A stretch of 64,000 bases of DNA from contig NC_086097.1 in the NCBI RefSeq assembly GCF_963921235.1, forward strand, positions 93,622,001 to 93,686,000, in the 5' to 3' direction. Made by a program: the position numbers and the translations under genes. Under the pieces are notes generated by a model. The model searched no databases. It saw only the letters and a program-made list of their open reading frames with translations, and was not told where the DNA came from. Each line of letters begins with the position of its first letter. The stretch's first letter is position 1. The DNA is from Mobula hypostoma. Its lineage: Eukaryota. Shown here piece after piece: positions 25,233 through 37,344 of the stretch.

Positions 25233-25576
25233 GAGGCTATGGACTGCACAATCCAAGATTAATTTCACCAACACTCTGTAAAGTTGGAACAGCATCTGTT
25301 TTTAAACTCCAGCCCTCAGCAATAAGACGAATGTGCTATTTGCCTTAATGACTTTTGCACCTGCACCTGCATGCTATAAGTATCAGGCTGGGAACTATAG
25401 TAATACTTAACTTATAAGCTCTGAACCCTCAACCTCCACATACTACCCCATTTTTCTTTAGACCCACCTATGACCTCAGTTACCATACAGTGGGTGCTCA
25501 GTAATGCCTGAAACACTGAAACAGTACTGGGTGATGGACTCATTTCACGTCCAGCTTCTCTAGGTGCAGGTTGGCC

Positions 25577-26040
25577 TTCCATACGAGGATGTTGCCTGGA
25601 TTGGGGAGTGTGCCTTATGAGAAAAGGTTGAGCAAACTCAGCCTTTTCTCCTTGGAGCGACGGAGGATGAGAGCTGACCTGATAGAGGTGTATAAGATGA
25701 TGAGAGGCATTGATCATGTGGATGGTCAGAGGCTTTTTCCCAGGGCTGAAATGGTTGCCACAAGAGGACACAGGTTTAAGGTGCTGGGGAGTAGGTACAG
25801 AGGAGACGTCAGGGGTAAGATTTTTTACTCAGAGAGTGGTGAGTGCGTGGAATGGGCTGCTGGCAATGCTGCTGGAGGCAGATATGATAGGGTCTTTTAA
25901 GAGACTTTTGGATAGGTACATGGAGCTTAGTGAAATAGAGGGCTATAGGTAAACCTAGTAATTTCTAAGGTAGGGACATGTTCAGCACAACTCTGTAGGC
26001 CAAAGGGCCTGTATTGTGCTGTAGGTTTCTATGTTTCATA
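25577..26040 (+). mobile_element. CR1 LINE 3' fragment
   Basis: RMLPGL..YEKRL..L.LFSLERRRMRADLIEVYK. Confidence 0.92.
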
Positions 26041-26169
26041 CCAATGAGGCAAATTGGTGTTAACAGCTCCTGGTTTCTCTAGCGAGACCTTCGGAAAATG
26101 GACCTTGTGCAGCCGAACCTGTTTGCCAGGTGTACCCTGGGTTGCATGGTTGAAAACTCCAAGTGGATA

Positions 26170-28930
26170 AGGGCCCAAAACTGCTCACAATACACCCATG
26201 TGCGGTCTGACCAATGTCTTATAGGGCTGCAACGTTATACCCTTGCTGTTATATTCTAGTCCTCTCGAAATGAATGGTAGCATTGCATTTGCTTTCCTTA
26301 CCACCAACTCAACCTGCAAGTTAACCTGTAGGGAATCCTGCACATCCTTTGCACCTCTGATTTTTAAATTTTCTCCTTGTTTATTATACAGTCTACGCCT
26401 TTGTTCCTTCTACCAAAGTGATTGAACATACACCTCATACTCTATATTCAATCTGCCACTTCTTTGCCCATACTGCCAATTTGTCTAAGTCCTTCTGCAC
26501 ACACCCTTGTTTCCTCAACACCACATGCCCACCTACCCATGTTCATATTGTCTGCAGACTTGGCCACAAAGCCATCAATGACATCATCCAAATCGTTGAC
26601 ATATAACATGAAAAGAATCAGACCCAACACAGACCCCTGTGGAACATCACTAGTCACCGGCAGCCAACCAGAAAAGGATCCCTTAATTTCCAGTCTTTGC
26701 CTCCTGCAAATCAGCCAGTGCTCTATCCATGCTAGTATCTTTCCTGTAATACCGTAGCATCTTGTTAAGCAGCTTCATGTGTGGCAGCTTGTCAAAGGTC
26801 TTCTGAAAATCCAAGTAAAGAACATCGACTGACTCTCCTTTGTCTATCCTGCTGTTATTTCCTCTCAGAAATCCAACAGGTTTGTCAAGCAAGATTTCCA
26901 CTTAAGGAAACCATGCTGACTTCGGCTTATTTTATCATGTACCGCATAAGACCTCAAAACCTCATCTTTAAAAGTGGACTCCAACATCTTCACAACCATT
27001 GAAGTCAGGCTAACTGGTCTGTAATTTCCTTTCTTCTGCCTCCCTCCATTCTTAAAGAGCGTAGTGACATTTGTAATTTTCCAGTCCTCCGGAACCATTC
27101 CAGAATCTAATGATTCTTGAAAGACCATTTCTAATGCCTCTGCAGTCTTTTCAGCTCCCTCTCTCAGAACTCTGGGGTGTAGTCCATCTGGCCCAGGTGA
27201 CTTATCCACCTTCAGATATTTCAGCTTCCCAAGCACCTTCTCCTCAGTAATAGAAACTACACTCACTTCTGCCCCTGACACTCTCAAATTTCTGGCATAC
27301 TGCTAGTGTCTTCCACAGTGAAGACTGACACAAAGTACTTATTAAGTCTATCCACAATCTCTTTGTTCCCCATTACTACCTCTTTGGCATCATTTTCCAG
27401 CGGTCTGATATCCACTCTTACCTCCCTTTTTATATATCAGAGAAAAAAACTTCTGGTATCTTCTTTGGTATTATTGGCTAGCTTACTTTCATATTTCATC
27501 TTTTTATGGCTTTTTAGTTGCCTTCTGTTGTTTTGTAAAAGCTTATCCTTTTATTTCCCACTAATTTTTTTGCTACAGTATATTATATGCCCTCTCTTTT
27601 GTTCTTATGCTGCCTTTGACTTCCCTTGTCAACCATGATTGCCTCATCCTCCATTTAGAACACTTCTTCATCTTTGGGATCTACGTTATCTATTCTGCGC
27701 TTTCCAAACCAGTTATTGTTGTTCTCTGTTATCCCTGCTAGTGTCCCCTTCTGGTCAATTTTGGCCAACTCATCTCTCATGCTTCTGTAATTCCCTTTAC
27801 TCCATTATATTACTAATACAGTACAGCCGACCTTTATCTCCTCTCTCTCAGAATGCAGGGTGGATTCTGTCATATTATGATCACTGGGTTCTTTTACCTT
27901 ATGCTGTCAAATCAAATCTGGTTCACGCAATCCAGAATTGCCTTTATCCTAGTAAGCTCAACCACAATCTGCTCTAAGAAGCCATCTCATAGGCATTCTA
28001 CAAATTCCTTCTCTTGGGATCCAGCACCAGCCTGATTTTCCCAATGTTCCCGCAAATTGAAATCTCCCATGACTATCGTAACATTGTCCTTATTACACGC
28101 CTTTTCTATCTCCCATTTCAATTTATATCCCAAATACTATTCGGAGGCCCAAATAAAACTCCCATCAGAGTCTTTTTACTCTTGCAGTTTCTTAACTCTA
28201 CCCTCAAGGAATCTACATCTTCTGATCATACGCCACCTCTTTCTCAGAATTTGCTTTAGTTTTTTTGCCAACAGAACCACCCCTCCCCACTGCCTCCCTG
28301 CCTGTCCTTTTGATACAAAGTGTATCCTTGGATGTTAAACTCAGAACTACTTTCTTCTTTCGGCCACGACTCAGTGATGCCCACAACGTCATACCTGCCA
28401 ATCTCTAACTGTGCTAAAAGATCACTCTACCTTATTCAGTATACTGTGCGCATTAAAATATAACACCTTCAATACTGTAAACAACACCCTTTTCAATTTT
28501 GCCCTTTTGTTATCATCTGCCTGTCCTTCCTCACAGTCTCTACACATTGCATCTACAGTACTTGTGTATTAACTGACCCGTCTTCAGCCTTATCACTCTG
28601 CTTCCCATCCCCCTACCAAATTAGTTTAAACCCTCCCCAAAAGCTCTAGCAAACCTGTCCGCAATGATATTGGTCCCCTTGGATTCAGGTGATCCATCTT
28701 TTTTGTACAGGTCACATACCTTCCTCAGAAGAGATTCCTGATGATCTAGAAATCTGAAACCCTGCACCCTACACCACTTCCTCAGCTACTCATTCATCTG
28801 TACTATCATCCTATTCCGGCCCTGACTAGCCTGTGGAACTGCGGGTAATCTAGAGATGACTACTTTGGAAGTTGTGTTCTTTTCTCTAACTCCCTATACT
28901 CACTGCACAGGACCTCTTCCCCTTTCCTAC
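26170..28930 (-). mobile_element. CR1 LINE, ORF2 (APE/RT) remnants
   Basis: KSPGPDGLHPRVLRE, NYRPVSLTS, SQHGFLK, DVLYLDFQKTFDK, VPQGSVLG. Confidence 0.92.
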
Positions 28931-29299
28931 CTGCAAATGTGAGAGATGCCAATGTGCAACGATGGACTTTTGGCCACTTCTCTGAGGTTTTGGTCTCTTG
29001 TCCTGATTTCAAATCCTCTAATCTTGACCAATCTCTGTTTGATCAGAGTCCATCGGGTCACTACTTTAAAAGCTGTGCGTGTTCTACCCCTCCATAAATG
29101 ATCATGTGCTGTTTCTGCTCTCATCCTTATGCCCTCTTGTCAGGTTCCAGATTTCCTTATAACACAGGAGGCCCCTTCTGCCCATCAAATCTGTGCCAGC
29201 TCACAGATCAATCCCTTCTGATTTTCTCTGTAACCTTTTGTTACACCCCCTGCCCCCATTCTTATCAACATTCTATCTACCAATTATGTACACATAAGA

Positions 29300-29505
29300 C
29301 CAATTAACTTAGCAACCTGCACATTTTTAGAATCTGGGCGGGGGCACATTATAGGGCCGGGGGGTGTGGAAAGCTGGAGCACTCGGAGGAAATGCACGCC
29401 ATAACAGGGAGAGCATGCAAACTCCACACAGTCAGTACCAGAGGTCAGGATGGAACCAGAGTTACTGGAGCTGTGAGACAGCAGCTCTGTTATCTGCACC
29501 ACCAT
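29300..29505 (-). mobile_element. V-SINE/HE1-like SINE
   Basis: GGAGCACTCGGAGGAAATGCACG..GGGAGAGCATGCAAACTCCACACAG (V domain, reverse complement) plus a tRNA-like head. Confidence 0.75.
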
Positions 29506-32050
29506 GCCCCTTTTCTGTCTCAGTTGTTGACACAAACCCATGTGTGTTCATTAGAATTCTATCCTTATGTGTTTTTCTTCTTCCAACATCTCCCACTGTT
29601 TCAGAGGAATGTGGTTTCCTGAAAATAAGGATTATTCATTGCAGATCATTTCCCGTGTTGCACACCAAGAGATTTTGATTGCATTAATCATCACCTCCCT
29701 GATAGGCTCCAGTTGCAAACATCAGTTGAGAATTTCTTTGTCTGCTGTTGCATTCATGGTAGAGGGAAGAAAGTGAAACCGTTTTGCTATTAATGCCTTT
29801 TACTAGCCTGGACTTCTCAAACTTCAGTTCAGTTTTTTTGGATATGGCTGATGCTGTCAAGAACGTTTTTTGCTCATGAAGACAAAAGAAGCAGCAGGTG
29901 GAATCTGGAACAAAGAAAGATAAGAACATTGTGAAGAGTTGGTGGGTCCAGCTGCGTCTTTGGAGGCAAAAAGTCTAAGTCGACATTTTGGGTTGAGACC
30001 CTGTTTCATGACTTAAGAGAAAAGATTGCCATTATACACCAGTATGAGGCAAAGGGCAGGGGAAGCTGGGGGGGCGGGGGAGTTGCGAGAGGAGGAGGAT
30101 AGGGGATATTAAAGGATATCAGAAGTATTTTTTTCAGATACATAAAGAGGAAATGAGAGGCAAGAGTGGACTTGGGACCACTGTGAAATGACACTGGAGA
30201 GGGCGTATTGGGGACAAGGAAATGGCAGATAAACTATTATTTAGCTTTAGTCTTCACTGTGGAAGACACTAGCAGTGTGCTAGATATTTGAATAAGCCAG
30301 AGGGCAGAAGTGAGTGTAGTTGCTAGGGAGAAGGTGCTTGGGAAGCTGTAAGGTGTGAAGGTCCGTAAGTCACCTGGACCAGATGGTCTATACCCCAGAG
30401 TTCTGAAGGAGATAGTTGAAGAGATTGTGGAGGCATTAGTGGTGACCTTTCAAGATTCAGTAGCTTCTGGAAAGGTTGTAGAGGACTGGAAAAATGAAAA
30501 TGTCACTCCCCTCTTTTAGAACCTATAGAGGGAAAAGACAGGAAATTATATGGCAGTTAGCCTGACTTCATTGGTTGGCAAGATATTGGAATCCATTATT
30601 AAGGATGAAGTACGTGATAAAGTAGGCCAAAGTCAACATTGTTTCCTTAAAGGGAAATCTTGCCTGAAATATCTGTTGGAATCCTTTGAGGAAATAACAG
30701 GCAGGATAGACAAAGGAGAGTCAGTGGATGTTGCTTACTTGGAATTTCAGAAGGCTTTTGACAAGGTGCTGCATATGAGGCTGCTAAACAAGGTAATAAC
30801 CTTTGGTATTACAGGGATACTAGCATGGGTAGAAGATTAGATGGCTGGCAGGAGGCAAAGAGTGGGAATAAAGGGGCCTTGTCTGGCTGGCTGCCGGTGA
30901 CGAGTGGTGTTAAGACCATAAAAACATGAGACATAGGAGAAGAATGAGGCATTCAGCCCATCGAGTCTGCTGCACCATTCCATCAATGGCTGATTTATTT
31001 CTCTCAACTCCCTTTCGTTGCCTTCTCCCCATGACCTTCGAAGACTTAACTAACCAAAAACTATTAACTTCCTCTTTAAATATACTCAATGAATTGGCCT
31101 CCACACTGTCCATAGCAATGAATTCCAAGGATTCACCACTTTCTGGCTAAAGAAATACCTTCTCATCTCTTTTCTAAAAGGATGCCTCTCAATTCTGAGG
31201 CTGTTCCCTCTGGTCCTAAACTCCCTCACTATCGGAAATCCTCTCCATGTCCACTCTATCTAGGTCTTTCAATACTAGATAAGTTTCAATGAGATTCCCC
31301 CTCATTCTTCTAAACTCCAGTGAGTACAGGCCCAGAGTGATCAAACGCACCTCGTACATTAACCCTTTCATTCCCAGAATCATTCTCGGGAACCTTCTCT
31401 GGATCCTCTCAAATACCAGCACATCTTTTCTTTGATAAGGGGTGCAAAACTGCTCAGAATACTCCAAATGTGGCAAGACCAATGCTTTATATCCAAAGCA
31501 TTACATCCTTGCTCTTGTATTCTAGTCCTCTCGAAATGAATCTGACATTGCATTTGTTTACCTCACCGCTGACTCAGCCTGCAAGTTAACCTGTGGGGAA
31601 TCCTGCACGAGGACTCCCAAGTCCTTTACACTTCTGATTTTTGAATTTTCTCCTCATTTAGTCAACAGAATATGCCTTTGTTCCATCTACCAAAGTGCAT
31701 GACCGTGCATTTCCCTACGTGGTTTTCCATCTGTCACTTCTTCGCTCATCAGCTCAATATGTCCAAATCCTTCTGCAGACTCCCTGCTTCCTCAGCATTA
31801 TCTGCCTCTCCACGTATCTTCACATTGTCTGCAAACTCGACCACAAAGTCATCAATTCCATCATCCAGAGTGTTGACCTCTAACATGAAAAGAAACAGTC
31901 CCAATACCAGCCCCTGTGGAACACCACTAATCACTGGCACCCAACAGGAAAAGGCCCCCTTTATCCTGACTCTCTGCCTCCTGCCAGTCAGCCAATCTCC
32001 TATCCATGCCGGTATCTTTCCTGTAATACTATGGCCTCTCATCTTGCTAA

Positions 32051-32243
32051 TGCCAGCCAGAGGTGTAGTGACATCTGCACCGGACCGAGCTGAGGGAGCC
32101 TGGGTTCCGGTCGGTGCATGCTTTCCATCCGTGCTAGGTCAAGCATTGAGTGAGCACCACGGCCTTGTAAAAAAACAATAAATACTAAAGAGATGGCAAG
32201 GTTTCCGCCCAACGTGCCACTCAGCGCAGAGGGGAATAACATT
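32051..32243 (+). mobile_element. tRNA-derived SINE, same family as 5557-5812
   Basis: Shares GCTTTCCATCCGTGC; 10-bp TSD ATCTTGCTAA (32041-32050, 32244-32253). Confidence 0.8.
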
Positions 32244-32644
32244 ATCTTGCTAAGCAGCCTCATGTGCAGAACCTTTTCCAATGCCTTCTGAAGATCCAAG
32301 TAAACAACATCCACTGACTCTCCTTTGTCTATTCTGCCAGTTACTTCCTCAAATAATTCCAACAGAATTGTCAGGCAAGATTTCCCCTTATGGAAACCAT
32401 GCTGACTCTGGCCTACTTCACCATGCGCCTCCAAATACCCTGAAACCTCATCCTTAATAATGGACTCCAACATCTTCCCAACCACTGAAGTCAGGCTAAC
32501 TGGCATATCATTTCCTTTTTCCTTCCCCCCTACCCCCTTGAAGAGAGGAGTGATATTTGCAATTTTCCAGTCCTCCACAACCATGCCAGAATCAAGTGAT
32601 TCTTGAAATATCACTACTAATGCCTCCACAATCTCTTCAGCTTC

Positions 32645-32898
32645 TAGAAGATAGAACATAGAAACCTACAGCACATTACAGAGCCTTCGCCCCACAATGT
32701 TGTGCCAACCATGTAACCTACTCTAGAGACTGCCTAGAATTTCCCTACCGCATAGCCCACTATTTTCCTAAGCTCCATGTACCTATCTAAGAGTCGCTTA
32801 ACAGACCCTGTTGTATCCACCTCTCCAGCATTACTGGCAGTGCATTCCACGCACCCACCAGTCATTGTGTGAAAAACTGACCCCTGACATCCTCCCTG
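32645..32898 (-). mobile_element. Short CR1 3'-end insertion
   Basis: ATAGAAACCTACAGCAC...GCTCCATGTACCTATC tail, same subfamily as 25577-26040. Confidence 0.8.
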
Positions 32899-34127
32899 TA
32901 CCTCTTTCAGAACACTGGGGTATAAACCATTTGGTCCAGGTGAATTATCTGCCTTCAGATCTTCCAGCTCCCAAGCACCTTGTCCTTGGTATTAGCAACT
33001 ACACTCACTTCTGCCTCCTGACACCGTTAAATACTGCTTGTGTCTTCCACAATGAAGATCGACGCAAAATATTTAAGTTCGTACGCCATCTCTTTGTCCC
33101 CCATAGCTACCACTCCAGTGTAATTTTCCAGTGGTCTCTTTTACTCTTTATATATCTGAAAAACATTTGGTATCCTCTTTGATATTACTGGCTTCATATT
33201 TCATCTTTTCTCTCCTTATTGCTACTTTAGTTGCTTTCTGTTGGTTTTTAAAAGCTTCCCAATCCTCTAACTTCCTACTAATTTTTGCTATATTATATGC
33301 CCTCTCTTTTGCTTTAATGCACTCTTTGACTTCCCTTGTCACCCACAGTAGCCTCATCACCTTTAGAATAGTTTTTCATCTTTGGGATTTACAGTTTCTA
33401 TTCTGCGTCTTTTGAATTGCCCCCAGAAATCCAGCCATTGCTGCTCTGCCGTCATCCCTGCTAGTGTCCCCTTCCAATCAACTTTGGCCAGCTCCTCTCC
33501 CATGCCTCTTTAATTCCCTCTACTCCACTGCAATACTGACACATCTAACTTTATCTTCTCTCGCTCAAACTGCAGGGCAAGTTCTATCATATTACAATCA
33601 CTGTCTCCTAAGGGTTCCCTTAGCTTAAGCTCCCTAATCAAATTTGGTTCCTTACACAACACCAGATTCGAAATTACCTTTCCCCTAGTAAACTCAACCA
33701 CAAGCTGCTCTAAAAAGCTATCTTGTAGGCATTCTACAAATCCCCTCTCTTAGGAACCAGCACCAACTTGATTTTCCCAATCTACCTGCATATTGAAATC
33801 CCCATGACTATTGTAACATTGTCCTTATTATATGCCTTTTCTGTTTCCCATTGAAATGTATTTACCATATCCTGGCTACTGTTCAGGGGCCTGGATATAA
33901 CTCCCATCAGTGTCTTTTTACCCTTCAGTTTCTTAAAATCTACCCACAAGGATTCTACATCTTTCGATCCTGTCACCTATTTCTAAGGATTTGATTTCAT
34001 TTTTCACCAACAGAGCCACCCCAATATCCTAAACAACAGGAATTCTGCAGATGCTGGAAACTCAAGCAATACACATCAAAGTTGCTGGTGAACGCAGCAG
34101 GCCAGGCAGCATCTATTGGAAGAGTTT

Positions 34128-34165
34128 CAGTCGACGTTTCAGGCCGAGACCCTTCGTCAGCACTA
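34128..34165 (-). ncRNA. Minimal hammerhead (antisense arm; one stem I mismatch)
   Basis: Minus strand TAGTG-CTGACGA-AGGGTCTCGGCCT-GAAAC-GTC-GACTG. Confidence 0.7.
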
Positions 34166-34183
34166 ACTGACTCTTCCTTCAGT

Positions 34184-34221
34184 TAGTCCTGACGAAGGGT
34201 CTCGGCCTGAAACGTCGACTG
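34184..34221 (+). ncRNA. Minimal type I hammerhead ribozyme
   Basis: TAGTC-CTGACGA-A-GGGT-CTCG-GCCT-GAAAC-GTC-GACTG; predicted cleavage after C34216. Confidence 0.82.
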
Positions 34222-35479
34222 AAACTCTTCCAATAGATGCTGCCTGGCCTGCTGCGTTCACCAGCAACTTTGATGTGTGTCACCCCAATATCCTGCCTAC
34301 TTGCCTGTCCTTTCAATACTATGTGTACCCTTGGATGTTCAGCTCCCAACTGTGATCTTCTTTCAGCCACGAAGCAGTGATGCCCACAACGTCATACCTG
34401 CCAATCTCTAACTGCGCAACAAGCTCATCTACCTTATTCCGTATACCGCCTTCAGTCCTTTATTCCTCACCCTTTTCGATTTTCCTTGCATGTTCCACTT
34501 CAGCTCATCTCACTGACTGCAATTTTGCTCTATCATCTGCCTGTCCTTCCTCACAGTCTCACTACACACTGCATCGCCTTGTATGCCAGCTGCCCCATCC
34601 GTAGCCATATCAGTCTGGTTCTTGTGCCCCCCGTGAACTTAATTTAAACCTTTCCCGACAGCTCTAGCAAACCTGCCTGCAAGGATTCTGGCCCCCCTTG
34701 GGTTCAGGTATAACCTGTTCTTTTGGCACAGGTCAAATCTTCCTCAGCAGTATCCACAGGTACACTTGTTGCTGAAGGAAATGGCCACTGGGGAACTCTT
34801 CACTAACTGCTTACTCCCCTTTCTTCTCCTGGTGGTCACCCATCTACTCTCTGGGTGTGACCACTAGAGTAAAGGTCTCATCTATGAGGTCTTTAGCCTC
34901 CTGGATGATCCTGAATACATCTAGCTCCAACTCCAGTTACTCGTCCTTGTCAGGTGATGAAGGAAGTTGGGTGCACTTCCTTCATCAGGGAGACCATTAA
35001 CTGCCCTGAAATCCCACGTCTCATAGGAGGAGCATTCTGCCACCTTAACTACAATCCTGATGACACTTATTTTACCTCTAACATCTCAGACTTCAGTTCT
35101 ACCCTGTGTTTGTTCTAGCCGAAGCCTGTTGAGCCAAACCTTTACCATTCTAACACTGTCAGCTCCACCAGTGACCGCTTTGCTTAAACCTTGTTTCTTT
35201 TTATTGGCCCCTGCTAAATTACTATTAATCCAAGTGATCTCCTGCTCCACGGACAAGACCCGAAAGGACCTGCTCACCTTTTACCCCATGTTCTGCAGGT
35301 GCTGGTGTGGAGGCTGCTTCTTGTCACGTTATATGTCAATGATTTGGATGACTCTGGAACTGATGGCTTTGTGGCTAAATTTGTAGGTTAGTGGAGATAC
35401 AGGTCGTGTTGAGGAAGCAGCGGGTTTGCAGATGACCTTCTGCAGATTTTGAGAATGGGCAAAGAAGTGGCAGATGGAA

Positions 35480-35586
35480 TCCAAAGCAACACACACAACA
35501 TGCTGGAGGAACTCAGCAGGCTAGGTAGCATCTATTGAAAAGAGTAAACAGTCGACGTTTCGGGCTGAGACCCTTCATCAGGACTA
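35480..35586 (-). mobile_element. PLE 3'-end insertion (second subfamily) with an intact hammerhead at 35549-35586
   Basis: Minus strand TAGTC-CTGATGA-A-GGGT-CTCA-GCCC-GAAAC-GTC-GACTG followed by the TGCTGAGTTCCTCCAGCA tail; interrupts CR1 at W.MEY. Confidence 0.85.
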
Positions 35587-36669
35587 AATACACCATAGGG
35601 AAGCGTATGCTCATGCACTTTGATAGCAGAAATAAGGGTCTAAACAATTTTAGAAATCAGAGGTACAAAGGGGCTTGGAAGTCCTTGTACAGGATTCTTT
35701 AAAGTTTAACTTGTAGGTTGGTGAAGAGGAAGGCAAATGCAAGTTAGCATTCATTTTGAGAGAACTAAAATATAAAAACAAGAATGTAACGTTGAGGCTT
35801 TATAAGGCATCGGTCAGGCCACACTTGGAGTACTGTGAGTAGCTTTGAGCCCCTTGTTCAAGAAAGGATGAGCTGCCGTGGGAGAGGTTCCAGAGGAGGT
35901 TCATGAGAATGATTCCAGGAATGGAAGTGTTTACATATGAGGAGTGTTTGATGACTCCGGGTTTGTACTCATTGGAGTTTAGGAAAATCACGGGGAGGAT
36001 CTCATTGAAACCTGTGGAGTATTGAAAAGCCTGGGTAAGGTGGATGTGGAAAGGATGTTTCCTATTGTGGGAGAGTCTAGGACCAGAGGGCACTGCTTCA
36101 AATAGAGGGACATCCTTTTAAAATGGAGATGAGGAGGCATTTATTTTGTGAGAAGGTGGTGAATCTGTGGAATCCATTGTCACAGACAACCGTGGAGGCC
36201 AAGTCATTGAGTATATTTAAAGCAGAGGTTGACAAGTTCTTCATAAGTAAGGGCGTCAATGGTTACGGGGAGAAGGCTGGATAATGGGGTTGAGAGTGAT
36301 CAAAATCAGTCATGATGGAACGGCAGCGAAGACTTGATGGGCTGAATGGCCTCATTCCGCTCCTATGTCTTATGGCCATATGGGTGGTGGTGCAGCTTTG
36401 TGATAGAAGCCGGTAGATGATAGGAGAAACCAGATAGGGAGGAGATAATGTGAAATTGGAACCGGGGTGGGGTGGGGAACAGGAAAGATGAACGAATTTG
36501 GAATTGGAAAACATGTTCATTTCGAGATGCTGAGAGGTAGCAGTGGGGAGCTGAAAGTGAAAGAGCCCTTCTGACTGGCTAATATGGAAGGCTATTTTAA
36601 AGGCTAAAATACAATTCCCATTGAGTTTAGAGATGGAACTGGATGCACGTCAACTCTGGCAGGGTTTGC

Positions 36670-37340
36670 AGGCCATTACAGCTTGATAGGGTCATAAAGA
36701 AAGCTTTTGGCATATTGGCCTTCATGAATCAATGTATTGAGTACAGGAGTTGGGAAGTTATGTTGAAGTTGTATAAGGCATTGTTGAGGCCTAATTTGGA
36801 GTATTGTGTGCAGTTTTACTCATCTATCTGCAGGAAAGTTGTGAAAAAGGTTGAAAGAGTACAGAGAAAATTTACAAGGGTGTTGCCAGGTCTAGAGGAC
36901 CTAAGTTAAAGGGAAAGATTGAATAGATTAGGACTATATTCTTTAGAATTTAGAAGATTGAGAGGAGATTTGATAGAGGTATACAAAATTATGAGTGGTG
37001 TAGGTAGGGTAAATGCAGGCAGACTTTTTCCACTGAGATTGGGTCAGACTACAACTAGAGGTCATCAGTTAAGTGTGAAAGGTGAGAAATTTAACACGAG
37101 TGGAATTTCCTCACTCAGAGGGTCGTGAGAGTGTGGAATGAGGGAATGAGCTGCCAGCACAAGTGGGGAATGCAGGCTCAATTTCAACGTTTAAGAGTTT
37201 AGATTGGTACATGGATGGTAGGGGTATGGTGGACCATGGTTCTGGTGCAGGTTGATGGGAGTAGGCAGTTTAAATAGTTTCAGCATGGACTAGATGGGCT
37301 GAAGGGCCTGTTCTTCGAGCTTTACTTCTCTATGACTCTA
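36670..37340 (+). mobile_element. CR1 LINE 3' fragment
   Basis: LYKALLRPNLEYCVQF, LGLYSLEFRRLRGDLIEVYKI. Confidence 0.92.
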
Positions 37341-37344
37341 TAAC

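Larger units (their letters stand above)
34031..34280. mobile_element. 250-bp fold-back PLE mini-element with two opposite hammerheads
   Basis: 14-bp TSD CACCCCAATATCCT (34017-34030, 34281-34294); arms 34071-34170 and 34179-34278 form a ~100-bp near-perfect inverted repeat with loop CTCTTCCT. Confidence 0.95.
30911..35290 (-). mobile_element. Near full-length decayed CR1 LINE
   Basis: 3' tail at 30911; RT motifs (SGVPQGLVLG, FADN; SQHGFHKGKSCLT), endonuclease remnants and an ORF1/5' region toward 35290. Confidence 0.88.
30100..36380 (+). mobile_element. CR1 LINE (30100-30910 and 35291-36380), split by a nested antisense CR1
   Basis: RT reading stops at ...GTGACGAGTGGTGTT (30911) and resumes TGTTCTGCAGG (35289), continuing to the CR1 3' tail. 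Confidence 0.8.
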
